A DNA stretch of 30,131 nt, from assembly GCA_003133025.1 (NCBI GenBank), contig PKZK01000029.1, forward strand, positions 10,466 through 40,596, written 5' to 3'. The notes under the pieces are model-generated. The model did not search any database, was not told the origin of the DNA, and saw only the letters and a list, made by a program, of their open reading frames with translations. A program made the translations under genes and the position numbers. Shown here piece after piece: positions 1 through 8,072 of the stretch. The DNA comes from Vulcanimicrobiota bacterium. Lineage in GTDB: Bacteria; Vulcanimicrobiota; Vulcanimicrobiia; Vulcanimicrobiales; Vulcanimicrobiaceae. Numbering within the stretch: position 1 is the stretch's first letter; every line of letters starts with the position of its first letter.

Positions 1-2486
1 TGCCCACCGATCGCCCGCGACCGGCGCAGCGCACCTTCGCGGGCGCCACGCGCTCGATCGCGCTCGACGCGCAACGGGCGGCCGCGCTCAAGCGCGCGGG
101 CGCGCGCCACGGCTGCACGCTGTTCGTCACGTTGCTGGCCGCCTTCGACGCGTTGATCGGCCGCCTGGCGCAATGCGACGAGGTGGTCGTCGGAATTCCG
201 GCCGCGGGACAGGCGCTACTCGACGACGAGATCCTCGTCGGGCATTGCGTCGATTTCTTGCCCATTCGGAGTTCGTGGAATCCGCAGGCGCCGTTTAGCG
301 AGTTGCTCGGCACGGTGCGCCAGCGCGTGCTCGATGCCTACGAGCATCAGGAGTATACGCTGGGCACGCTCGTGCGCGCATTGGCCTATCCGCGCGCGGC
401 CGATCGCGTGCCGCTGGCCGAAATTCAATTCAACCTGGAGCGCGTGGCCGAGGGCCTCCACCTGCCGGGACTCGACGTTACGGTCGAACCGAATCCGAAG
501 GCGTTCGTCAACTTCGATCTGTTCTTCAACGCGATCGAATCCGGCGACGGGCTGCGCGTCGATTGCGACTTCAACACCGCGCTATTCGATGCGGCGAGCA
601 TCGAACGTTGGCTCGAGGCTTATGCCCGGTTGCTCGACGCGGTCGCGGCCGATCAGGCCGCGTCCGTTGCGGCTCTGACGGCCTTCGCGGGCGAGCAGCC
701 CGTGCGGGAACGCTCCGCAGTCGACGGTCCGGCGAATGACTATCGCCGCGGGGCCACGGTGCACGACCTCGTCGCAGCGCAGGCCCGGCGACGTCCCGGT
801 GCGCGCGCGGTCGTCTACGGCGATGAGAGCCTGAGCTATGCCGAACTCGAACGCCGCGCCAACCGGCTGGCCAATCATCTGCTGACGCGCACCGGCGGCG
901 CGGGAAAACTCGTCGGCATCGCGCTCGACCGGTCCGCCGGCATGCTCGTGGCCTTGCTGGCCGTGCTCAAGGCCGGGTGTGCGTACGTGCCGCTCGACCC
1001 GAAGCATCCGTCGGCGCGCCTCGCGCATATTCTGAACGACGCCGGCGTGGCCGCGCTGATCCTCGACGGGGAAGGCGCGCCGACGTTCGTGCCGGACGGC
1101 GTGGCCGTCGTCGATCTCACCCGTGATTCGGCGGCCATCGCTGCGGCGCGCGACGCGGCGCCGGCGGCGCGCGATGCGGGAAGTTTGGCGTACGTCATCT
1201 ACACCTCGGGCTCCACCGGTCTGCCCAAAGGCGTGGAGATCGAGCATCGCGCCGTCGTCAATCTGCTCGAAGCGATGGCGCGGCGTCCCGGTCTCGCCGC
1301 GGACGACGTCTTTCTGGCGCTGACGACGATCGCGTTCGACATCGCGGCGCTCGAACTGTACCTGCCGCTCGTGACGGGCGCGTGCGTGGTCATCGCCCGC
1401 AGCGACGAAGCCGCCGACGGTAACGCGCTGCTGCGTTTGCTGCAGACCTCCGGCGCGACCTCGCTGCAAGCGACGCCCGCCACCTGGAGGCTTCTCCTGG
1501 AAGCCGGTTTCCGAGCCGCTCCCGGCCTGCGCATGCTCTGCGGCGGCGAAGCGCTCCGGCCCGATCTCGCGGCGCGCCTGCTCGCAGGCGAGGGCGAACT
1601 CTGGAATATGTACGGCCCGACCGAGACCACGATCTGGTCGTCGTGTGCGCGCATCGAATCGGCGGCGGAGATAACCGCCGGCATGCCGATCGCCAACACG
1701 CAGGTCTACGTGCTCGACGAGCGCGATCGCCTGACCGCGCGCGGCGAAGCCGGACAACTGCACATCGCGGGCGACGGCCTCGCGCGCGGTTATCACGGTC
1801 AGCCGGCGTTGACCGCCGAGAAGTTCGTGCCCAATCCGTTCGGCCCCGGACGGCTCTATCGCACCGGCGACAGCGCACGCATCACCACGACGGGCCAGAT
1901 CGAGATTCTCGGACGCATCGATCATCAGGTCAAGCTACGCGGTTTTCGCATCGAACTCGGCGAGATCGAAACGGCGCTGGCGCAGACCGGAGCGCTCGCG
2001 GCGTGCGCGGTCGCGCTCCGCGAAGACGTTGCCGACCAGCCGCGTTTGACCGCGTACTACGTCGAGAAGCCCGGGGCGCCGGTCGCGACGGCCGACCTCT
2101 ACGCGGCGCTTGCGTTGCGCTTGCCGGCGTACATGCTGCCGACCGCGTGGGTGCGGCTCGACGCGCTGCCGCTGACGCCCAACGGCAAGCTCGATCGCAG
2201 CGCGCTTCCCGCGCCCGGCCTGCCCGCGCCGCAGGCCGGGCTCGAAGCGGCCGCGCCGCTCACCGCCACCGAACGCGCGTTGGCGCGGATCTGCGAGGAG
2301 GTGTTGCGCCTCGACCGCGTCTGCGCCGGCGACGATCTCTTCGCGCTCGGCGCCGACTCGATCCAACTCTTTCAGATCACCGCGCGGGCCAATCGCGACG
2401 GCATGCGCATCGCGGCCAAGCAACTCTTCGCGCATCGCACGATCGGCGCGCTCGCGCGGCACCTCGATCTCGCGGCTGCGCCGTGA
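1..2486 (+). CDS. NRPS module, 5'-truncated: C-terminal half of a condensation domain, adenylation domain (Gly-type code) and PCP
   Basis: The frame is open from nt 3 (PTDRPRPAQRTFAG...GCTLFVTLLAAF, typical of a C domain). A-domain cores: YVIYTSGSTGLPKGV, NMYGPTETT, LYRTGD, GRIDHQVKLRGFRIELGEIE, LPLTPNGKLDR. PCP: DDLFALGADSI. Stop TGA at 2484-2486. Confidence 0.95.
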   Translation, partial: PTDRPRPAQRTFAGATRSIALDAQRAAALKRAGARHGCTLFVTLLAAFDALIGRLAQCDEVVVGIPAAGQALLDDEILVGHCVDFLPIRSSWNPQAPFSELLGTVRQRVLDAYEHQEYTLGTLVRALAYPRAADRVPLAEIQFNLERVAEGLHLPGLDVTVEPNPKAFVNFDLFFNAIESGDGLRVDCDFNTALFDAASIERWLEAYARLLDAVAADQAASVAALTAFAGEQPVRERSAVDGPANDYRRGATVHDLVAAQARRRPGARAVVYGDESLSYAELERRANRLANHLLTRTGGAGKLVGIALDRSAGMLVALLAVLKAGCAYVPLDPKHPSARLAHILNDAGVAALILDGEGAPTFVPDGVAVVDLTRDSAAIAAARDAAPAARDAGSLAYVIYTSGSTGLPKGVEIEHRAVVNLLEAMARRPGLAADDVFLALTTIAFDIAALELYLPLVTGACVVIARSDEAADGNALLRLLQTSGATSLQATPATWRLLLEAGFRAAPGLRMLCGGEALRPDLAARLLAGEGELWNMYGPTETTIWSSCARIESAAEITAGMPIANTQVYVLDERDRLTARGEAGQLHIAGDGLARGYHGQPALTAEKFVPNPFGPGRLYRTGDSARITTTGQIEILGRIDHQVKLRGFRIELGEIETALAQTGALAACAVALREDVADQPRLTAYYVEKPGAPVATADLYAALALRLPAYMLPTAWVRLDALPLTPNGKLDRSALPAPGLPAPQAGLEAAAPLTATERALARICEEVLRLDRVCAGDDLFALGADSIQLFQITARANRDGMRIAAKQLFAHRTIGALARHLDLAAAP

Positions 2487-4051
2487 ACGCGCGCAGGCTC
2501 TGGTTCGTCGTCGCCTGCTGCGTGGCGCTGGGCGTTTTCTTCCGCGCCTACCATCTCGATCGCAAGACGTTCTGGGAAGACGAAATCCTGGGCACGATGC
2601 GCATGTTCGGCTACACGGAAGCGCAGGTCGTGCGGGCGTCGCCCGCGATGACCCACGCGCGCGACGCGCAGGTCTATTTGCAACTCCCGGCCGACCGCTC
2701 CAGTGACCGGCTGGCCAACACGCTGACCGCGCTCGCAGCGGAAGATCCGCAGCACCCGCCCGGCTATTATCTCTTGGGGCACATCTGGGCCGAGCTGTTC
2801 GGCACGTCGCTGGCGGCAATCCGCAGTCTGCCGGCACTGTTGGGCATTCTGGCCTTGCCGTGCGTGTATTGCCTGGCCCTCGAGTTGTTCCGGTCGCGCT
2901 CGACGGCGGCCCTGGCGCTCGCGCTTTTCGCGGTCTCGCCGGTCTTCGTGCTGTACTCGCAGGAAGCGCGCGAATACAGTTTCTGGACCCTTGCGATCGC
3001 GCTCTCGAGCATCACCTTCTTGCGCGCGAGCCGCGGCGCCGTGCCGGGCGGCTGGACCGCGTACGCCGTTACGGTAGCGGCCGGACTCTACGTGTATCCG
3101 CTGACGGCGCTGGTAGCTGCGGGACACGGCGCGTACCTGTTTGCGCGCGCCGGCTTCCGCGTCACGCGCGCGTTCGCCGCATACCTCGTCAGTTGCGCGT
3201 TTGCCGCGGCAGTCTTCGCACCGTGGGCGGTGCACATGCTCGGCAACACGTCCATGGGCCGGGGCTTGGCCGGGATCGTGGGCGGACGCGTCGGCGCGAG
3301 CGCACGGCTGGCGGCGACGCTCCGCGACCTCAAGTCGCCGTTCGTCGACCTCGGTTATCTGCACGGCGGGTTGGCCGGCGCGCTCAACTTCGGTCTGGGC
3401 GTCGCCTGTTGCGCGCTCGCGCTCTACGCGCTCTACGCGCTCGCGCGCGATTGGCCGTTCCGCGTCTGGGGCTTCGTCGTGGTCGCGCTCTGTGCGCCGC
3501 TGCTGCCGCTGTTCGCGTACAACGGCTTCGTGTACCAGACGCGCTATTTCATGCCGCTGCTACTCGGCCTCGTGCTCGCGGTTGCCGCGCTCTTCGGAGC
3601 CGCGCTCGAAACGCCGGGACGGCCGCGCGCCGTGCGCTTCGCCTGGACGACGGCTTTCGTGGTGCTCGCTACCGTGCAAGTGCTCTCGTGCTACCGCAGT
3701 TCCCAGGCCGCGACGTGGTGGAACAAGGACGCGGAGACGAGCGATCGAGTGGCTGCCGCGATCAATCGTGCGAAGTCGCCGCTGCTCGTCAGCCGGCACG
3801 TCGTGCCGAGCATGCTCGGCCTGGCGTACTACCTCGACCCGGGCGTGCCGCTGCGCGTCGACCTGCGCTGCAGCCAGTGCAGCGTGCGCAATCCCGAGCG
3901 CCGCGGCCTCTTGAGCGACACCGCGAAGTACGCCGACGTCTTCGTGCTCGATCCGCCCGGCAGCGTGCCGGGAGGCGCAGCCTATCGTCTGATCGACCCG
4001 CGTCCCTTTCCGGCGCCCGGCTCGGCGCTGTCGATGTTCCAGAGCGTCTGA
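2483..4051 (+). CDS. GT-C fold membrane glycosyltransferase (GT39/PMT/ArnT-like), about 522 aa
   Basis: The GTG start overlaps the NRPS stop (GTGA), so the ORF-track start at 1643 is a shadow extension. One TM helix is followed by FWEDE, then EDPQHPPGYYLL and YSQEAREYS, and many further hydrophobic segments. Confidence 0.85.
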   Translation: MNARRLWFVVACCVALGVFFRAYHLDRKTFWEDEILGTMRMFGYTEAQVVRASPAMTHARDAQVYLQLPADRSSDRLANTLTALAAEDPQHPPGYYLLGHIWAELFGTSLAAIRSLPALLGILALPCVYCLALELFRSRSTAALALALFAVSPVFVLYSQEAREYSFWTLAIALSSITFLRASRGAVPGGWTAYAVTVAAGLYVYPLTALVAAGHGAYLFARAGFRVTRAFAAYLVSCAFAAAVFAPWAVHMLGNTSMGRGLAGIVGGRVGASARLAATLRDLKSPFVDLGYLHGGLAGALNFGLGVACCALALYALYALARDWPFRVWGFVVVALCAPLLPLFAYNGFVYQTRYFMPLLLGLVLAVAALFGAALETPGRPRAVRFAWTTAFVVLATVQVLSCYRSSQAATWWNKDAETSDRVAAAINRAKSPLLVSRHVVPSMLGLAYYLDPGVPLRVDLRCSQCSVRNPERRGLLSDTAKYADVFVLDPPGSVPGGAAYRLIDPRPFPAPGSALSMFQSV

Positions 4052-4106
4052 GAAAGACGCCGGCGCTCGCGAGGGGTGAGAGGCTGCCCAAAAGTATTCG
4101 AAGCAT

Positions 4107-4133
4107 GGTCGATTTCGTGATTTCCCGCTCGAC
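4107..4133 (+). promoter_or_regulatory. Putative ECF42-type sigma promoter of the YciI/DGPF gene
   Basis: GGTCGA (4107-4112), 17-nt spacer, CGAC (4130-4133). This resembles the TGTCGA/CG(A/T)C motif described for ECF42 targets, which are DGPF genes. RBS AAGGAG at 4157-4162. Confidence 0.55.
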
Positions 4134-4168
4134 GTGTGAGTAAGACACCACGCGGTAAGGAGCAGACA

Positions 4169-4573
4169 ATGCGATTCATGGTCATCGTGAAGGCGAGCGA
4201 GAGCACCGAGGCGGGCCGGCTGCCCAGCCCCGAGTTGCTGGACGCGATGAACGTCTTCAATGAGGAGCTCGAGAAGGCGGGCATGCTGGTGGCGGCCGAG
4301 GGCCTGCAGCCGAGCGCAAAGGGCGCGCGCATCTCCTTCGCCGGGCCGAAGCCGGTCGTCACCGACGGGCCGTTTTCCGAGACGAAGGAACTGGTCGGCG
4401 GCTTCTGGATCATCCAGGCCGCGTCCAGAGAGGACGCCGTCGCCTGGATCGCGCGCGCGCCGTTTCGCGACGGCGAGCAGGTGGAGATTCGTCCGTTCTA
4501 CGAGCCGGAGGATTTCGGCGCCGCCGTGCTCGAACAGGCGGCGCGTCTGGGCGACCAGGGCGCGCGCGGTTAG
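4169..4573 (+). CDS. YciI family (DGPF domain) protein, 134 aa
   Basis: MRFMVIVKA...VTDGPFSETKELVGGFWII signature; ATG at 4169 follows an AAGGAG RBS. Confidence 0.92.
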   Translation: MRFMVIVKASESTEAGRLPSPELLDAMNVFNEELEKAGMLVAAEGLQPSAKGARISFAGPKPVVTDGPFSETKELVGGFWIIQAASREDAVAWIARAPFRDGEQVEIRPFYEPEDFGAAVLEQAARLGDQGARG

Positions 4574-5454
4574 CCTCGGCGGAGCGCTTTGGCGAGCCGC
4601 TTGCGCACGGGGATGAAGACGCGCATTGCCTCGGCCTTGCGCGCGTCGAGGCTCGGCTGGAGGCCGGGGCGCGACGGGCGCAAGCCGAGCGCGCGCAGGT
4701 AGTGGTTGCAGGCGCGCGTTCGCCCGCGCGCGCGCGTCGCATCGGTCTCGAAGGAGAAGACGTACGAGATCGTGCGGCTGCGCGTTTCGACCCAATGCGG
4801 GCAGTTCTGCGGCTGATGCATGCCCTTCCCTTCGGCCAAATCGAACACGTACTCGTAGCCGGAGTCGCGACCCGCGAGGTCGACCTGGCCGATGCTCACG
4901 ATGCCCATGCGGTAAAACCGTTCGAGTTCCGGTTCGGTCAGCGCGGCGGGCGCATAGATGTGATAGATTTTCTTGCCTTCGATTTGGAAGAAGAACGAAA
5001 TCTCGGGATCGAAATGAAAAGGCGTTACCGCGCCGCCCGAACTGATCAGGATCGAGGATTCCAAACGGACGATGCGCTCGCCGCGGAGACCGCCGCGTAA
5101 CTCGACGACCTGCTTGAAGAGCGCCTGCAAGAGATCGGCAAACCCGCCGTCGTAGAGCTCGGGACGCTTGAGCAGGATGCGTTGATTGCTCGTCGCCAAG
5201 CGGTCGAAGGCTTCGAGCGGCGAGTACGTGCCGTGCGCTGCTGCATAGAATCTGGTACCCGGCGCGTTGTCGCCGGAGGCGACGAAATAATCCCGTTCGT
5301 AACGCTCGGCCAGCGCGCGCAACGCCTCGAAGGCGAGCAAATCGAGCCCGCTGAGATCGTGCTCGTAACCGAAGGGCAGGCGGTCGAAATCGCGCGCGAA
5401 GGTCTGCGGGTCGACGCTCATGCCCGAGCGCCGGAGGCCGGCGAGAGTCGTCAT
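4570..5454 (-). CDS. JmjC/cupin-like Fe(II)/2-oxoglutarate oxygenase, 294 aa
   Basis: TPFHFDPE...FQIEGKK...GKGMHQPQNCPHWV gives an HxD...H triad. ATG at 5454 overlaps the upstream stop (ATGA). Confidence 0.8.
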   Translation of the reverse strand: MTTLAGLRRSGMSVDPQTFARDFDRLPFGYEHDLSGLDLLAFEALRALAERYERDYFVASGDNAPGTRFYAAAHGTYSPLEAFDRLATSNQRILLKRPELYDGGFADLLQALFKQVVELRGGLRGERIVRLESSILISSGGAVTPFHFDPEISFFFQIEGKKIYHIYAPAALTEPELERFYRMGIVSIGQVDLAGRDSGYEYVFDLAEGKGMHQPQNCPHWVETRSRTISYVFSFETDATRARGRTRACNHYLRALGLRPSRPGLQPSLDARKAEAMRVFIPVRKRLAKALRRG

Positions 5455-6287
5455 ACTGCCCGCGTGCCGGGCGGGGTCTTCGCGAAGTAAAAACCCGAGT
5501 ACGCATCGATCGTGTACTTCGGCAGAAACGGAATCTCGCAATGCACGTCGGGCGAGCGCCAGGCATCGATGAGGCGATAACCGAGCGCTTCGACATCGGC
5601 GATCAGCTCGGCGCGATTGAAGAGCTTGTACGGGCACATCGCGGTGCCCATGTTGTGCAGCGTCCACGTCGAGGGTGCGTCGTGCGCGGGCACTTTGCTC
5701 AACACGAGGTGCGCGGGCAGCGCGGGCAGTTCGCGCAAGCGTTCGAACGGAGCGTCGATGAAATGCAACGCGCCCGCTGCGAGCAGCACGTCGGCGCGGG
5801 CCAGCTCGTCGAGCGCCGAGGTGAAGCGGAGGCCCGGCGCGCGCTCGCGACGCGCGGTCTCGCGGCCCAGGTCGACCACCGCGGGAACGTCGTTGACCAG
5901 CCAGTCCATCGACTCGGGATACGTGAGATACTTCCGAAAAGCGAAGTACTTGAGCCCGACGTTGCCGCCCCAGTCGAAGACGCGCGTGCAGCCGGGCAAA
6001 AGCCGCGAGAGCCAGTAGATGACCGGGTAGTCGCTCGGATAGATCTCGAGCCACTCGCCGATCACGCGCTGCGCCGATTCGGGGTTATCGTAGCCGGCAT
6101 TGCGTCCCCTCGGGATCGCCGCTTGCGCGGCGGCGAAGTCGGGAAACGAGCCGTGGAAGAGCCGGGTGTGGCGGCCGCTCGCGACGTTGAAGTACCGGCG
6201 ATATGCGCCCGCGACGGCGCTGCCCAGCAGCGGGAGGCGTCCGGCTTCCCAGATCGTGCTGCGCAGCCAACGGTTCTGGGTCAGCAT
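5451..6287 (-). CDS. Putative SAM-dependent methyltransferase (TIGR04325/LIC12133-like), 278 aa
   Basis: GYDN...DYPVIYWL...VFDWGGNVGLKY (SAM motif I)...WLVNDVP...AGALHF. ATG at 6287 overlaps the upstream stop at 6281-6283. Confidence 0.8.
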   Translation of the reverse strand: MLTQNRWLRSTIWEAGRLPLLGSAVAGAYRRYFNVASGRHTRLFHGSFPDFAAAQAAIPRGRNAGYDNPESAQRVIGEWLEIYPSDYPVIYWLSRLLPGCTRVFDWGGNVGLKYFAFRKYLTYPESMDWLVNDVPAVVDLGRETARRERAPGLRFTSALDELARADVLLAAGALHFIDAPFERLRELPALPAHLVLSKVPAHDAPSTWTLHNMGTAMCPYKLFNRAELIADVEALGYRLIDAWRSPDVHCEIPFLPKYTIDAYSGFYFAKTPPGTRAV

Positions 6288-7048
6288 CGCACGGTCGCGC
6301 GTTCGGCGGAGAGCGCGGCGGCGCAGATGGTCGAGATGCTTTCGAGCACCGCCGCTTCCGATTCGTGCGGAAAGAAGTGACCGCCCTGAAAGTCGACGTG
6401 CGCGTAACTTCGACCGGTATAGGAGCGCCATTCGGCGGTCTGCTGCGGCGTGACGATGGGATCGCACGTGCCGCCGAACGTGACCAGGGGCGCATCGACC
6501 AGCACCGACGGCGCGTTGCGCCAGCTCTGCGCGAGCCGCAGGTCGTCGCGCAGAGCGGGTTCGAGCGCGGCGCGAAAGGCGGCGTCTTCGAGCACGATCG
6601 CGGGCGTAGCGTTCAGCGCCGCGACCCAGCGCCAGAGTTGCGCGCTCGGCGCGTCCCAGGCGACGCCGGGTTCGACGGCGAGGTGCGGCGCACGGCAGCC
6701 GGAGACGATCAGCGTGCGCGGCAGGCGCAGCCCGCGCGTCTGCGCGGCGCGCGCGAACTCGTAGGCCAGCATGCCGCCGAAGCTGTGACCGTAGAGCACG
6801 TAGGGCAGGTCGAGGCGCGACGATAGTTCGTCGACGAGATCGTCCACGACTGCGCCCCAATCGTCGTAACCCGGCTCGCCCCAACGCGACTCCCGGCCGG
6901 GCATGCGCACGCCGACGAGTTCGATGCGTTCGGGCAAGGCCGACGGCCACGCGCGAAATATCGCCGGACCGCCGCCCGCGTAGGGAAAGCAGAAGAGGCG
7001 CAAGCGCGCGCGCGGGTCGGGCGCGGGTTCGTAGAACCAGGCTCTCAC
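6281..7048 (-). CDS. Type II (editing) thioesterase, 255 aa
   Basis: LFCFPYAGGG, nucleophile elbow GHSFGG, GGHFF. GTG at 7048 overlaps the upstream stop (GTGA). Confidence 0.92.
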   Translation of the reverse strand: MRAWFYEPAPDPRARLRLFCFPYAGGGPAIFRAWPSALPERIELVGVRMPGRESRWGEPGYDDWGAVVDDLVDELSSRLDLPYVLYGHSFGGMLAYEFARAAQTRGLRLPRTLIVSGCRAPHLAVEPGVAWDAPSAQLWRWVAALNATPAIVLEDAAFRAALEPALRDDLRLAQSWRNAPSVLVDAPLVTFGGTCDPIVTPQQTAEWRSYTGRSYAHVDFQGGHFFPHESEAAVLESISTICAAALSAERATVRC

Positions 7049-7905
7049 GAGCGGCCCCCGCGCAGTAACGATTTCGCGAGGGACGCGCTGCGAAAGGCTG
7101 CAACCTTCAGCCCGTCGCGCAACGGCGAGACGCCGGGCGCGGCGGGCTTGAGCCCGGCTCTGCGCAGCCGCCGATTCACTTTGTACACCGCGCTCGGCCG
7201 GGCGGCGGAACGCAAGTTGAAGTTGAGGCTGAGCCCGATCGAGAGCGCAGCGCCGTTTTGCGCCCAATGCGGCGCGTGGATCGGCATGTGCACGCCCCTG
7301 CCCGGGCGCAGCGCGTAGACCGCGGCGCGCGCCTGCCGTTCGCTCTTGTAGTTCGCGCCGTCCCAGTCGCCGGCATAGAAGGCTTCCAGCTCCTCGTCGG
7401 CCAGCACGCTCTTGTCGCTCGGATCGAAGACGTGGAGCGCTTTCTCGCCGCGGATTTGCAACAGAAAGTTGGCCTCGGCGTCGATGTGATACGAGGTCAC
7501 GCGATGCGGCGAACTGATCACGAGCGTGGCTCGCGCGATCGCCACGTCGTCGCGCAGCGCGTCACCGGCTTGAGCGGTCACGTCGTCGATGATGCGCCGG
7601 AAAACGTGGCCGCACTCGGGGTCCAACTCGCAATGCGACAGGAGCACGAGCGAGTCGGACTCGCCGATCGTCTCGAGCGTCTCTTGCAGCGTCATGCGCC
7701 CGTCGCCGACGTTCTTCCAGCCGTCGCCGACGCTGCTGCGCGCCGTGGAGAAGTAGGCGTGTTCGGCCAGGCGCCGCGACATCGCGACGAGGTTCGGCAG
7801 CGCGAAAACGTCCGACTCGCTCAACGCATGATCGAAGGCGAAACTCGTTCGATTGAAGTTCCTGACGAACTCCGGCCGTTGCTCCGAAACCAGCACGCTG
7901 GGCAT
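7045..7905 (-). CDS. JmjC/cupin-like Fe(II)/2-oxoglutarate oxygenase, about 286 aa; paralog of 4570-5454
   Basis: TSYHIDAEANFLLQIRGEK...PGRGVHMPIHAPHWAQNG. A GGAG RBS lies 9 nt upstream of ATG 7905. Confidence 0.8.
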   Translation of the reverse strand: MPSVLVSEQRPEFVRNFNRTSFAFDHALSESDVFALPNLVAMSRRLAEHAYFSTARSSVGDGWKNVGDGRMTLQETLETIGESDSLVLLSHCELDPECGHVFRRIIDDVTAQAGDALRDDVAIARATLVISSPHRVTSYHIDAEANFLLQIRGEKALHVFDPSDKSVLADEELEAFYAGDWDGANYKSERQARAAVYALRPGRGVHMPIHAPHWAQNGAALSIGLSLNFNLRSAARPSAVYKVNRRLRRAGLKPAAPGVSPLRDGLKVAAFRSASLAKSLLRGGRS

Positions 7906-7932
7906 GCGCAAATACTCCAGGACCGCGTCATC

Positions 7933-7987
7933 ACGGTAGCCCGAAGCCCGGCGCCGCTCAATACCCGGAAATGGGGATTTCCCAAAT
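7933..7987 (-). promoter_or_regulatory. Leftward sigma70-like promoter plus conserved upstream box (copy 1)
   Basis: On the minus strand: box ATTTGGGAAATCCCCATTT (7987-7969), 7 nt, -35 TTGAGC (7961-7956), 17 nt, -10 TACCGT (7938-7933). Confidence 0.7.
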
Positions 7988-8027
7988 GCGGCCCGTTTTG
8001 GGGATGCGGCCGCGGCGCCGGGGCCGG

Positions 8028-8036
8028 TAGAATGAG
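8028..8036 (+). promoter_or_regulatory. Putative -10 element for the A-PCP gene
   Basis: TAGAATGAG; the identical 9-mer occurs at 25104-25112 upstream of the WecB/TagA gene. RBS GGGAGG at 8062-8067. Confidence 0.5.
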
Positions 8037-8072
8037 GAGTCTCAAGGTTACCGGCATATCAGGGAGGCTCGA

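Noticed and set aside
582..1925. Long antisense or alternate-frame ORFs (for example 582-1925, 3560-5596, 7258-8832, 7821-9542, 13256-14623, 25472-26827, 28207-29418)
   Set aside because: They are Arg/Ala/Gly-rich, show no recognisable motifs and largely overlap well-supported genes. Such shadows are expected at this GC content.
1643..2482. N-terminal extensions in the ORF track (1643 start of the GT-C gene; likewise 6054, 7103, 7267, 15000, 17534, 18181, 21484, 22518, 25439)
   Set aside because: The extensions overlap neighbouring genes and read as low-complexity sequence. In nearly every case a start codon overlaps or closely follows the upstream stop.
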